A DNA stretch of 64,000 bases, taken from NCBI GenBank assembly GCA_036867785.1, contig CP145411.1:248001-312000 (forward strand), in the 5' to 3' direction. Position 1 is the stretch's first letter. Each line of letters begins with the position of its first letter. This DNA comes from Plasmodiophora brassicae (lineage: Eukaryota). The position numbers and the translations under genes are program-made. Of the stretch, positions 36,221 through 47,958 are shown piece by piece. Below the pieces are notes generated by a model, which was given only the letters and a program-made list of their open reading frames with translations, was not told the origin of the DNA and searched no databases.

Positions 36221-38061
36221 TCATTTCAGCTGAAGAGGCAGGGTGAAGGTCTTGCCCTTGACCAGCTTCTCGAGGTTCTCTCCGTTGTAGGAAATCAGTG
36301 GGCTGATCTCACATAAGGCGTGCTTGTCGCCCTCGTTTGGAACCTGCACGATGCCACCAGCCTTCTTAATCAGGGAAATGTGGTACTGCGAAACGTCGGC
36401 ACGAGCGGTGTCAGGAGAATCCGGCAGGCCTTGCCCAGGGCCATTCTTGACTGTAAAAGCATAAGCCATAAGTAGCGCAAGCGGCAGGATAGAGGATCGG
36501 TATGCATACCCGCCGAAAAGTTTCCTTCACGCTTGACCATGAATGCACACGGGGTCTTCGCGAGAGCTAATGCGTCGAATATAAACTTCTCGAGCTTATA
36601 TCCATTGTTCTTGTCAGGCTTCACCCTACGGTTGGTTAGAAAACACTAAACAACAAGAAGACACTTGTGCAATTACAGTTGGCCCTTGTCGTTGACCACG
36701 GGGATCTTCTTGTGTGCAACGTGGTACGGGATATCATTTCGGATTGCACTCTCGATGAAGGGGACAGTAAGGCAATGAATTGCAATGTTGGCCGCACGAT
36801 ACGTCAAACTGCCGTCGGGGTTCTTTTCCTGTGCAAGCGTTTTCGGCAATTCGCTGTACTCGACGACAGCGGGTTTGCCTCCTTTCATGGCCAGCACTCC
36901 GACACTTTCGGTGGGGTCCCTCTTCTCGAGGACCTTGTTACCAAAGTCGACATTGCTTTCTGCACAATAGCCGACAAATTCGGGATCGCAGACTTGGACA
37001 AGGACGTTGTCCACAGAGTATATGAAGACGTGGGATACCCCGCGACACTTCATGTCTTCCAGGGCGCCCGTGTCCTGTAGTGCGGAATAGATCCCGCCGT
37101 TGCCATTCGGGCTGCGACATGGGGTTGTAAACGATTCCATCACTGCGACTGCCGTTAGTACAGATTCGGCGACTAGTATGCCGCACGAGCGTACTCAGTT
37201 TGCCATCAGCCGTCAAACAAGGAAGCGTAGCCTGCTCGAAGAAATACACATTCGCTGCGGGATAACCAAAGTAATCTTTCGACTCGAAGAAGTCGACAGT
37301 CGGTTTGTGAGTTGCCGGTGACGTCATGATGTACCTGTTGAAGCAACTTTACTATACTAATTGGGGAAACAAAGACGACGAACGAACCATGGGATATAAG
37401 GGGGAGAACGCTCGATGTCGTAAACGCCGTCTTCGGTCCCATGGCTGACTGCCTGCTTGGCAATGTTACGAAGCGTCAAGAGCCTCTCCGCCTGAATCTG
37501 AAACAGTGACTTATGCGAGGGTAGACCAATGTCGTATTGTCCTTTCGGCAGGTCGGATCCGAGACGAGTACCCTAAAAACCGATGAGCCCGGGAAATCCG
37601 AATATGGCAAGCAGCGAACCTGTCCACCGGCCATGAGCAAAGCAGCAGCTTTGCCTTCCGAGATCATCGCCAAGCCCTTCTTGGACCACTTCGCTCGCGT
37701 GGCCGCATCAGTCTTCTCAACGTCAACGACGTTCTTGAATGGCGTAATGGCCGACTGGATGGACGACGCCGTATCGCCTAACGTTAAACCTGGATGAGAG
37801 AACGCACAGCAGCGCACATCCCACTTGCACCATACCCTTGATATCGGCCTGGATAACGGCATGCAATTTGTCGACCAGCTTGAGATCAACGTCCTGTCAT
37901 CCGTGTGGGTGACGAGCGCATGGCGGTACGACGCCGATACAGCAGACCTGCAGGTTGCTGGCCAGCTGGGCCTTTTGCGCGTCGTTCATGTGGGGCAGGC
38001 CGACGAAGACATGGGCCTGCGACGCGAACTCCTTCTGCAACGTCTCCAGGCGGGTCGCCAT
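36221..38061 (-). CDS. UAP1: UDP-N-acetylglucosamine pyrophosphorylase
   Basis: [58 protein letters not shown]. Confidence 0.96.
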
Positions 38062-38845
38062 GGCACGCGCACCGAATCGCACTCAACTCGACTGTCCAAA
38101 ACGCGGCCATCGCCTGCCAGGCCGGGCCAGGCAGCGTCATCACGACGGGCAACGTGGCCGCGCGGCAACTCACCGCGTGGGCGGCGTGGCAACCAACATG
38201 AACAGTCACGCAGTTCTGTATTTACTACTCGTATTTAAATCCACGTCAAGGCCTTGGCCTGCCTGCCTGCCTTCCATTGCAGGTGGCGAAATCACCTGAC
38301 GTCCTGCTCTTGACCCATGAGCCGGTTGTTATCATGAAAACCGGCCGGTGGCGTGTCCCCGAGGATGGACCAAGGCAGCCTTGAAAGTCAGACATTAGTC
38401 GAGGTTTTAAGTCCAAATGAAGGGACAGCGAACTCTGAGGTTACTAACGAGCATCAGCGGTGATAGCACCCGAACGAAAAGGACGGCGCATGACATGAGC
38501 AAGCGGCACCAAACGTGAACGCTCAAGGACTCATATTAGGGGTGAACGACTCCGTTCTTGAACGTGTGGTTAGCGGAGGCGGGCCTCGCTGTACCGTACT
38601 GTGGACAAGGTGCCCTTGGTCTCGGCTGGCCGGTCGGCCGATCGTCGCGCTGGTTACTACACAGTGGATGCGACATTGATGCGGATTGTTTTCATTGCAG
38701 ATCAGTCAGTCGTCAGTCCAGTCGATGAAAGCGCAATTCAATGCTGGCGTTTCCCGCTTGACCTGCTTAGGTCCAGCGACAGCCTGGCGATCTTTCGTCT
38801 GTTCTTTTCGTTGGACGGCTCCCTTTGCCAAACCATTTTACGAAG

Positions 38846-38862
38846 CCCCCCCCCCCCCCCCC
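38846..38862. repeat. Poly-C tract (17 nt)
   Basis: Homopolymer run in intergenic DNA. Confidence 0.9.
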
Positions 38863-39129
38863 ACCTACGAAACAGATTGCGAATAGTTGACGGCCGCTGC
38901 CTTTGCGCCAAGCGTTCACTTATCGCCTGTTACCTGGCGTAATCCAGTCCCGCTACCACCTGCTACGGTTTCCATGGGAACCGAAGAAGATCGGCCCCGT
39001 CGAATCCCGGAGCGATTTGCATTCGCCTCGTGGGGCTTTCTCGGGCGTAGACCTAATTCAGTAACCTCTCACTTGGCGGACACAAGTATATTGCATAAGG
39101 CGGCGTTAAAATGAACGTAGCTTCAATGA

Positions 39130-40136
39130 TTATGCCGATCGAGATGGGTTATGAGACTTCTGTCCGAGCCCGAGCCAGGATGTCCACGATTTGCTAGGGC
39201 GGGATTCGTCAGAAGCCTGGTTGCCGACCGAGATGTGCTGATCGCGCAGAGCTTTCACTCGAGCCATTCGATGCTCGATGAATCGCTGAACGCCGTCAGC
39301 GCCATGGTATTGTCGAAGCACCTCACGAACGTCGGTGACGTCATCGGCAACCAGGCTTTCGAGGACGGGAATCAGTTGCAGAAGCGCAATGTCGTTCGGG
39401 TCCCCCTCAAACTTGGAAACCTGGATACCGTTGTCCGGGTGGAGCGACATTGCCGACGGGTCGTGGTCGACGATGACGACTCGGGACAGGTCCCGGTTAA
39501 GTTTCGACAGGTCTTTCATATGAACGCCATTCCGGTACGTCGTCGATTCTCGGTACAGACGATGGGTGATAACACGGTGACGGTCCAGGCGCGTTAGGAT
39601 TGGGTCCAACACAGCCTACGAGCGAGCCACGTTACATATTGTGGACACAGCTCGCGAACAGACGGTACCTGATGTCCGGAAGAGAATGTAACGATTTCGT
39701 AGCCAGCCTGGAACATACGCAACAGGAAGACGTCCGCGTTCGGCCGTTTAACAGGTCGCCATCCAACGCCACGTTCATATTCGTTGAAAATCAGTGTGCC
39801 CTCGACATCGAGCACCAGGGTTCGCGGCGTGTTCCCGAACGCATCAGGAGGCGCTGGCGGAAGAAGGACCTCCTTCGACGGATCTGCGAAATCAGAAACG
39901 ACTTCGTTGAACATCCCGGTGATTTTCGAGTGAACGGCCCGGAACGGCCATGCAAGCGCGTCGGTAATCGTCCCGAAGTCGACACGACCTGTCTGATGCG
40001 CCCAGACCACTGCCCCCGTTGTCGCAGCCGACGCCGCCACAGCACCACCGATCCATAGCCGCCTCCTCAGGTTCCCGTTGTCAGTCGCGGTCGACGACAA
40101 GCGTCGCCCGACGTGCCGCAGCAACGTTGACCGCAT
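39130..40136 (-). CDS. TIM50: Mitochondrial import inner membrane translocase subunit TIM50
   Basis: Presequence, TM, TLVLDVEGTL..GWRPVKRP, KDLSKLNRDLSRV, DVREVL. Confidence 0.93.
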
Positions 40137-40699
40137 GAGTGGGAGACCGGTCTGCAGTTGCGGACTGCGTCGGAGGGATCAAAGATGCAGCTACAAGTCC
40201 AACTGAACGCTGCACGCGGTTCGATCGAATATACAATACATAGCTACGTGTATTCTCTAGAAAACGGGCGTTGGCTTCTGTTGAGAGAATGAGTTCCTCG
40301 CTGCGTCGTCGCAGTACATGTGGAGAGCTGAACAATCAGGTACGAGTGTTCCAGCTAGTCGCAACAAGGATGCTCCATTCGCGTAGCTTCCGGCTGTTGC
40401 GCTGTTAGTGCAGCCTTGATGCAGTCACTGGCGAGATAATCGTAGCAGGTTGCGTGGCCTGTTGACCAACGGATGCGACCAGTTTATGCGGAAATACAAG
40501 CAAGACGCTGGTAGTTGGGAGCGCCTATACCCGACTACTACGACTTACCAAACGCGCAACCAAGTCAGCAAACCCGGCTACTACTACCAGCCTTGGCTGT
40601 ACATGTCTGAACCATATGTCGGTGCAAACGTTACCGCTGCTGAGGGGATGACCCCGCCGCCGTCGTCGTCTGGCGGACTCCGTGCGCGGTTCGACAATC

Positions 40700-42966
40700 A
40701 TGTCGGGCGACGTGTTCGAGTTCTCGCTGGACGATCTCGTCGAAGCGGAGGAGCCCGATCTGTACCCGGCCCTTCCGCCCCGGGAAAAGGGCGGAGCGCC
40801 CAGTGATTCGATCGACTTCGAGATCGTCAATGAGGTGGGGTCAAGCCTGACGTCGTGGCGTTTGTGTGCTGACGCGTTTGCCAGTCGCTTTCTGATGTGA
40901 CGTCGATCCCGGCGTCATCGCCTGTGCACCTGTCGCATCAGCATCGCAAAACGTTGCCTGAGGAGATCGCCTCGCACCTGAACCTTGACGCTGTCAAGTT
41001 GCATACGATGCAGTCAGCGTTTGCAGCGTCTCCACCTGCCTCTCCTCTAAAGAAGCCCCGGTGGCTCGACGAGCTTCCATCCGCGCCTCAAGCGGCCGCC
41101 GTCGAAACCCCAGCTGACCTGGAAATGGCTCTTGTGCGAAGCATGATCTCGCTTAACATTTCTAACGTTCTGACGGCGTTTCTAGGTTGCCGCCGCCCCT
41201 GCTAAACGCGTCGACGTCGTTCCGATGCGTCATCAGCTGGATCCACAGTATGATGCGTCCCGGCTTTCGCTGGTGTCGTCTGGCAGCTATCGGGTTGGGT
41301 TCGGCCCAGGCTTGCGGTTTGCCGCCTGTAATGGCACCCGGGTGCGCGTTGTTCGTCTGCAATGTGCCGACGCTAACGATAAGCTGCTTGCTGCACATTC
41401 TCGTGCTGTGGAGGAATATGTCCCGCGTCGACCTGCTTTATACCAGTCAACGCCCGGCGACGTGTGGCACCTGATGACGATCCTGTTCGATCCCGTCTAT
41501 TCGTCTTCCGATGTAGACCTGCGGAACGCGCTATCGAACTGGTTACAGGCGGCGCTCAGCAACGAGGGCAGGGGCAAACCAGGCGACCATTTCTTGGATC
41601 AGATCGCTGATGCTGTCCGGTATAATCGCATTTCTCGGGCGGTGGAGATTGCCATCGACAACCGTTGCCCTCGCCTGGCTACAATTATCGCGGAATCGGC
41701 ATCTGGTCTTCGCGGCCATTCCCGACAGGTTTGCGATGAAGAGCGCGCCCGCCTTTGTGTTCCGTCTGCTGACAGTCTGTTATGTCAAGGTCATGCGGGA
41801 GCAGCTGCGAAAGTGGTCGCTGACAGGAGTTTGGGCATCAATGACGCCATCCAACCGAAGGGTATACGCGTTGCTGGCTGGCGACGCAGGGCCGTCGTCT
41901 GGGTGGCTGTCGGCGCTCTCTGCGGCGGTGTGGCTCTCGGATCGATCCGTCCGCCCACTGGCAGAGATGCTCCATGGTGTCGATGGCCCCTACGATGTGC
42001 GACTGGCTCTACTTCGCGTCCGGTCGAATCGATTGCTGCCGCCTCACGCCGTCCTTCGCAACGCGCCTGTCGCTATCGACCATGCCGTTCAGGTACACCC
42101 GATGAGAATGCCGCTTAATGTTAATCGTAACTAGCGTTTCGTCGTAGTTCCATATGTTCGACGCCCTGCAAGACGCATTACCACTGCAACCTCACCAGCG
42201 AGAACAACTGGCGATGGCGTACGCAGGTCAACTCGAGGCGCAAGGTCGAATTCGTGATGCGCTCTATGTCACGTTGTGCATCATCCAGCCCGACAATGCG
42301 AAACGTGTGCAGAATGCGCTGATCGACATTCTCACCCGCAATTACCCGCCCGTCCGGCCAACCTCGCTCCCGTTCAACTCGGTCCGGTTCGGTATGCTAC
42401 CCAGCTCAAACGGCGCGGCAGAACCGGTTGAGCCCGGGCCAGCATTATCGCCATGGGCGTCGGAGATCCTCGACTGGCTTCTGCACTGGTCGCAGCACAT
42501 GCCTTGGGCCCGCGGGCACGTCGATGCTGCTCATGTCGTCTACGCCAGCGCATACGCGCGTGCAATTGCTGACGGGTGCCCGTCATTGGCTCTGACGTTC
42601 GCCATTCGTGCTGGCCTGTGGGCGGCTGCCCATGCCCTGTTCGTGACCGATATCGGTCCCGATCTACTCCTCCATCGGCAGTTTGACGCGGTTGCACGTA
42701 TCGGCGCGATCCTGAAATCCAAGCAGAGACACTACCCGATGCAGTGGCGAACTGGGGGCGCAGTACTGTTAGCAATGGCCCAAGGCGTTGCTGTGGAGGA
42801 TAGTCAGCTGCGGCTCGATGCGGTGCCGCATACGCCACGAACTGCCGAAGGCTCGGAGCGCCTGCGCCTCAAGCAACGAGCGTTGAAGCTGTCGATGCCG
42901 ACTGCCGGTTCCACGCCGACTCGCATGGAACGTCTGCACGAGATGACCGCCGCTCTCATACATTAA
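40700..42966 (+). CDS. NUP96: Nucleoporin Nup96-like (no attached Nup98 region)
   Basis: SYRVGFGP motif, LSNWL, AVEIA...PRLATII, MREQLRKW, RRVYALLAG, YAGQLE. Confidence 0.75.
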
Positions 42967-43015
42967 CGCTCGCATCGCGCATGAGAAGCGACCCTGTGTA
43001 CATAGGTAGACGTAT

Positions 43016-43213
43016 CTATTTCTTGAGTGGCCTGTGGCGTGACTTCGCGATCTGCGCCCGCTTTCTGTTGATGGCATTCTTGGCCCGATCTCGGCTCTTG
43101 TCTGACCTCGCGTGGTTGACAAAGAACGGCGGTCTCGACTTTGCATCAGCAACGGCGGCCAGTGAGACGATGACGACGACAAGCAGGAGAAGTATGACCT
43201 TGAACGACGCCAT
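43016..43213 (-). CDS. Small secreted highly cationic peptide
   Basis: Signal peptide MASFKVILLLLVVVIVSLAAVADA followed by a 41-aa Lys/Arg-rich mature region. Confidence 0.65.
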   Translation of the reverse strand: MASFKVILLLLVVVIVSLAAVADAKSRPPFFVNHARSDKSRDRAKNAINRKRAQIAKSRHRPLKK

Positions 43214-43756
43214 TGGCGCCGTTTTAACTCAGGGCGAACACTTACGAATGGCGAATGCGGGCCCAGAATACGTGTGAAGCTAAGGTGGACCGAGATTCGG
43301 TGCACACGCAGCTGCGAGGTTGACTCACACTCCAACGTACTGGCAGCATGGTTCCGCGAACAGAGACGTCACGTCTCCAGATATTGCCGCTTCCAATGCG
43401 CTCCACACCACCGTGACGTAAAGCATGGCAGGTGGACTGAATTGGTCCACGCATCGCCTTCCTTTGCCCTTGTTCAACATACAGCGTTTACTGTACTTTC
43501 ATTCGTTTGTACTAGCGAACGCGATCAACATCTCCTGCCGTGATGGTGCAGTGGTGCGAGGACATTCACATTGTGACTCCTGCACGACTTCGACTCTCTC
43601 CTCGTTCCGTTTGGACCCCCTCCCCGCGAACCCTCATCAATGAATGTATTACACTAGGCGGCGCCGGAGCGGCAGGTCCTCATCTTCCTCATTGTCGACG
43701 CTTTCTGACAGTACACATTAGCACACGGGCGTCAGCCTCGCCGAGTACGGTTGATC

Positions 43757-45001
43757 TTACGTTGAGTTTGCCATGCGAGATTCGACCGCTTCAATGCGTT
43801 GAAGAATCGGAGGGTGTGTGTACGACATTGCAACAGTCAGCCAGTGCGGCGTCAAGTTCGACAGGTTGTCCACACTGAGCTTCATGAGAGCAGTGACGAG
43901 GTCGGCGGGGTCGTCAATCGTATCGACGGCGAACCGGTCCGCTTGGTATTCGCAGAACCTGCTGCAGGCCGTGATGGCGAACTGCATGACCAGTTCAATT
44001 GGCGCCAGGACCTGCGTGAAGAAGAACAACCCAACGTAAACCGACCGTTTCTCGATCAGGAACGTCCGAGGCAAGTCGTCGCTGTTGATGATGAAGTTCA
44101 TGAGGAAGAAGAGGGCGAACGTGTGCGCCATGCTGAACGCTAGGTTCATGTAGATGTGGCCCAACTTGTAGTGGCCCATTTCGTGGCCGAGGATAGCGAC
44201 AATTTCGTTCGAGGATTGCGACTTCAGCAGCGTATCGAATAAGACAATGCGCTTCGTGCTACCAAGTCCGGCGAAGAATGCATTGCTGTGGTTCGAACGC
44301 TTACTACCGTCCATAACATAAATCGAGCCGAACGAAAACCGCACGCGGTCAGCGAGACGCCTGATCTGCCCAGCAAGCTCGGCATCGTCGAGCGGCGTCA
44401 GCTTATTGAACAACGGGAGCAGGTACTTGGGCCCAATGAAGAACATCAGCAACGTAAACAGAGCAAGAGCAGCCCAGCAATACAGCCAAGCCGATGGGCC
44501 AGCGTAGAGCAGGAAAGAAAGCAAGACAGCAAGCAGCGGTGAACCCAGTAGGAGGGCCAGTGCAACCTTCTTCAGAATGTCGGTGACGAATGTGGATACA
44601 GAAGTCTTGTTGAATCCAAAGCGCGTTTCGATGACGAAAGTCATGTAGACGGACACGGGCAATTCCAAGACGGCAAGGATGGCAAGGACGCTGAATATGA
44701 ACAGAATGCCAGTGACAATAGTCGACTGGCCCAGTCGGCGAACGGCCGCATCGACGGCATTGAACGACCCCGAAAACCACAACGCAAGGAACACGATTGT
44801 GCTGTACGTTGACGACACGATCGACAGGCGACCCTTCGCCCTGGTGTACTCCTGCGATCTCGCGTACCGCTCCGGCTCGTAGACGCCCCGAAACCTCGCC
44901 GGCAGAACCGTCGACAGCGCCCCAATGTTCAGCACCGTACTGCACACATCGAGCAGCCAGTGCACGACGATCGCGCCCAGCACAATCGCCGTGAACGACA
45001 T
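43757..45001 (-). CDS. Peptidase M48 / Ste24-like CAAX prenyl protease
   Basis: [52 protein letters not shown]; intronless. Confidence 0.93.
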   Translation of the reverse strand: MSFTAIVLGAIVVHWLLDVCSTVLNIGALSTVLPARFRGVYEPERYARSQEYTRAKGRLSIVSSTYSTIVFLALWFSGSFNAVDAAVRRLGQSTIVTGILFIFSVLAILAVLELPVSVYMTFVIETRFGFNKTSVSTFVTDILKKVALALLLGSPLLAVLLSFLLYAGPSAWLYCWAALALFTLLMFFIGPKYLLPLFNKLTPLDDAELAGQIRRLADRVRFSFGSIYVMDGSKRSNHSNAFFAGLGSTKRIVLFDTLLKSQSSNEIVAILGHEMGHYKLGHIYMNLAFSMAHTFALFFLMNFIINSDDLPRTFLIEKRSVYVGLFFFTQVLAPIELVMQFAITACSRFCEYQADRFAVDTIDDPADLVTALMKLSVDNLSNLTPHWLTVAMSYTHPPILQRIEAVESRMANST

Positions 45002-45228
45002 GCGGCCACCTTCAGCTGCACCACGAGCAATACAGTCGCGTCGCCCTTCCACTGCGACTCGACACGGCTGGTGGAACGCCCTGCCCCGTTGCCAATCCGC
45101 TTCCAGCCGGGACCCTGCAGCAAAATTTGGCGTCACGCGCGACGGAATGGTCCGTCGTTTTCCCCGATTTTTTTGGGGTTCTGCTCTCAGTCGAGATAAT
45201 AACGAGAGGCGGGGAGGTGTGCGGCGAG

Positions 45229-46639
45229 ATGCCCGTGGACCCGACTGATGACCCGTCCGCCGAGACGAAGGAGATCACGCCGCTCGACGAGGGCGATATC
45301 GCGTTGCTGAAAACGTACGGCGTCGGGCCGTACTCGAAGGCGATCAAGAAGCTGGAGGAGGAGATCGCGTCGAAAGCGAAGCGGGTCAACGAGCTCAAGG
45401 GCATCAAGGAGTCGGATACGGGGTTGGCGCCGCCGTCTCAGTGGGACCTCGCCCTGGATAGGCAGATGATGCAGGAGGAGCAGCCGCTGCAGGTTGCGCG
45501 CTGCACGAAGATCATCAACCCGAACACGGAAGACGCCAAGTACGTCATCAACATCAGGCAGATGGCGAAATATGTCGTCGGGCTCGGGGAACGGCTCGCC
45601 CCAACAGATATCGAGGAAGGCATGCGCGTTGTACGTATTCAGATACTGCCGATGTCGCATTCATCCGGGGCATTGACATATACTCTTCGTGTAGGGTGTG
45701 GACAGGGGCAAGTACCAGATCCAGATCCCTCTGCCGCCCAAGATCGACGCGTCGGTCACGATGATGCAGGTCGAGGAGAAGCCGGACGTTACCTACGATG
45801 ATGTGGGTGGCTGCAAGGAACAGATCGAGAAGTTGAGGGAGGTCGTCGAATTGCCACTGCTGAAGCCGGAGCGATTCATTGAGCTCGGTATCGACCCGCC
45901 CAAGGGGGTCATGCTCTACGGGCCGCCCGGAACGGGCAAGACCCTGTCGGCCCGAGCTGTGGCCAACCGGACGGATGCGTGCTTCATTCGTGTCATCGGC
46001 AGCGAACTTGTCCAGAAGTACGTCGGCGAGGGCGCGCGCATGGTCCGGGAATTGTTCCAGCTCGCGCGCTCGAAGAAGGCCTGCATTGTCTTTTTCGATG
46101 AAGTCGACGCCATCGGTGGCGCCCGGTTCGACGACGGCGCCGGCGGCGACAATGAAGTCCAGCGAACCATGCTTCAGATTGTCACTGAACTCGACGGATT
46201 CGATCCGCGAGGAAATGTCAAGGTCGGCTCGTTGTGACAAGTCCCATCCCGAATTTGCACGTGCCTGACACGTGCATGCGTCCAGGTCCTGATGGCGACC
46301 AACCGGCCGGATACGCTGGACCCCGCCCTCATGCGGCCTGGTCGTATGGATCGGAAGATCGAGTTCGGCGTTCCCGACCTGGACGGGCGGAAGAAGATCC
46401 TGCAGATTCACAGCAAGAGCGTGAACTGCGAGAAGAACATTCGCTGGGAGCTTATCGCGCGCCTGACGCCGAACGTGTCCGGCGCCGAGCTTCGCTCGGT
46501 CTGTACCGAGGCGGGCATGTTCGCGATTCGCGCGCGACGCAAGGCCATCAGCGAGAAGGACATGCTGGATGCCGTCCAGAAGGTCATCAAGGGATACGCC
46601 AAGTTCTCGGCGACGGCCAAGTACATGGTGTACAATTAG
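45229..46639 (+). CDS. PSMC2: 26S proteasome AAA-ATPase subunit Rpt1
   Basis: [47 protein letters not shown]; two introns. Confidence 0.97.
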
Positions 46640-46776
46640 CGTCGACTATACACCAACCCGTCCAGTAGACCGGGCTGATGATAAGTCCCCAGCGCCGGTT
46701 GCGAGGTCAAACCCGTGAAGCCCGCGTGGTCGGCTCCGGTGCAACAGAAATAGACGGCAGCAGACCCTGAATCCTG

Positions 46777-47865
46777 ATGACCGCAGCAGCAGCAGGCATG
46801 CGGATTGCAGTGCTCGGTGCCGGCGCATGGGGAACGACCATCGCCCGCGTCCTGGCGCAGAATGCGGCCAGCCACGACGACATGTTCTACGGCACCGTCG
46901 ACCTGTACGTCGAGCCGATCGCCAGCGACGTCGACCTGGCCAAGACGATCAACTCGGCACACGAGAACCCGCGCTACCTGCCCGGGATCCCCCTACCGGA
47001 CAACGTGCACGCATCGTCCGATTTGCTGTCTGTGGTGTCCCGCGCCGCCATTCTCGTGTTCGTCTGCCCGCACCAGTTCCTCGGGACGCTTCTCGACCGG
47101 ATCGCCGCGCACGTTCGTCGCGACGCGATCGCGATCTCCCTGATCAAGGGTCTTCACGCGCACGACGCCCGCATGAGGACGATGTCGGGCATGATCCGGG
47201 ACGCTCTCCGCATCGACTGCTCGGCGCTGAGCGGCGCGAACGTCGCCGATCAGGTCGCCCGTGAGCAATTCTCAGAGGCGACTATCGGGTGCCGTAACGT
47301 CGCGCACGCTGCCGTCTTCCAGGCCATGTTCCAGCGTCCGTACTTTCGCGTCCAGGCGACGACCGACATCGACGGGTTGGAGGCGTGCGGCGCCCTGAAG
47401 AACGTCGTGGCGCTGGCCGCCGGGTTCGTCGACGGCCTCGACCTCGGCACGAACACGAAGGCGGCCGTCGTCCGCATCGGCATGGAGGAGACGATGCGTC
47501 TCGCCCGGGTCCTGTTCGGCGATCACGTCTGCGACCGGACCATGCTGCTGAGCTGCGGCGTCGCCGACATGATCACGACCTGCTTCTCGGGGCGGAACCG
47601 GCGCGTCGCCGAACAGTTCGTTCGCACCGGGACACCGTTCGACAGGCTCGAGGCCGAGATGCTCCATGGGCAGAAGCTGCAGGGGACGCTCAGCGCCGCC
47701 GAGGTCCACGACGTCATCGTCGCCAGAGGCCTGACCGCACGTTTCCCGCTGTTCGCCCAGACCTACCGGATCTGCTTCCAGGGCGCCCCGCCGCGTTCCA
47801 TTGTTGACGTCCTCGTCCAGCAACCCCATGAGTTCGTCGTGGTCCACCACCCGGACGCTGCGTGA
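46777..47865 (+). CDS. GPD1: NAD-dependent glycerol-3-phosphate dehydrogenase
   Basis: GAGAWG, HENPRYLPG, PHQF, SLIKG, GALKN, GRNRR, GQKLQG; intronless. Confidence 0.95.
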   Translation: MTAAAAGMRIAVLGAGAWGTTIARVLAQNAASHDDMFYGTVDLYVEPIASDVDLAKTINSAHENPRYLPGIPLPDNVHASSDLLSVVSRAAILVFVCPHQFLGTLLDRIAAHVRRDAIAISLIKGLHAHDARMRTMSGMIRDALRIDCSALSGANVADQVAREQFSEATIGCRNVAHAAVFQAMFQRPYFRVQATTDIDGLEACGALKNVVALAAGFVDGLDLGTNTKAAVVRIGMEETMRLARVLFGDHVCDRTMLLSCGVADMITTCFSGRNRRVAEQFVRTGTPFDRLEAEMLHGQKLQGTLSAAEVHDVIVARGLTARFPLFAQTYRICFQGAPPRSIVDVLVQQPHEFVVVHHPDAA

Positions 47866-47958
47866 TTCGCGCTGACCGAATGATAAACGCGCGCCTACGT
47901 ACGTAGGACGGTACGCGCAGCCATTGCTGGGTGGGGTCGTCGTCACACCGATATAGCG

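Noticed and set aside
38673-38743. Minus-strand CTGACGA...GAAA resembling a hammerhead ribozyme core
   Set aside because: Stems I, II and III do not pair around the core.
40200-40690. Possible Nup98 autoprotease exon upstream of Nup96
   Set aside because: No FG repeats or HFS cleavage motif seen in plus-strand frames.
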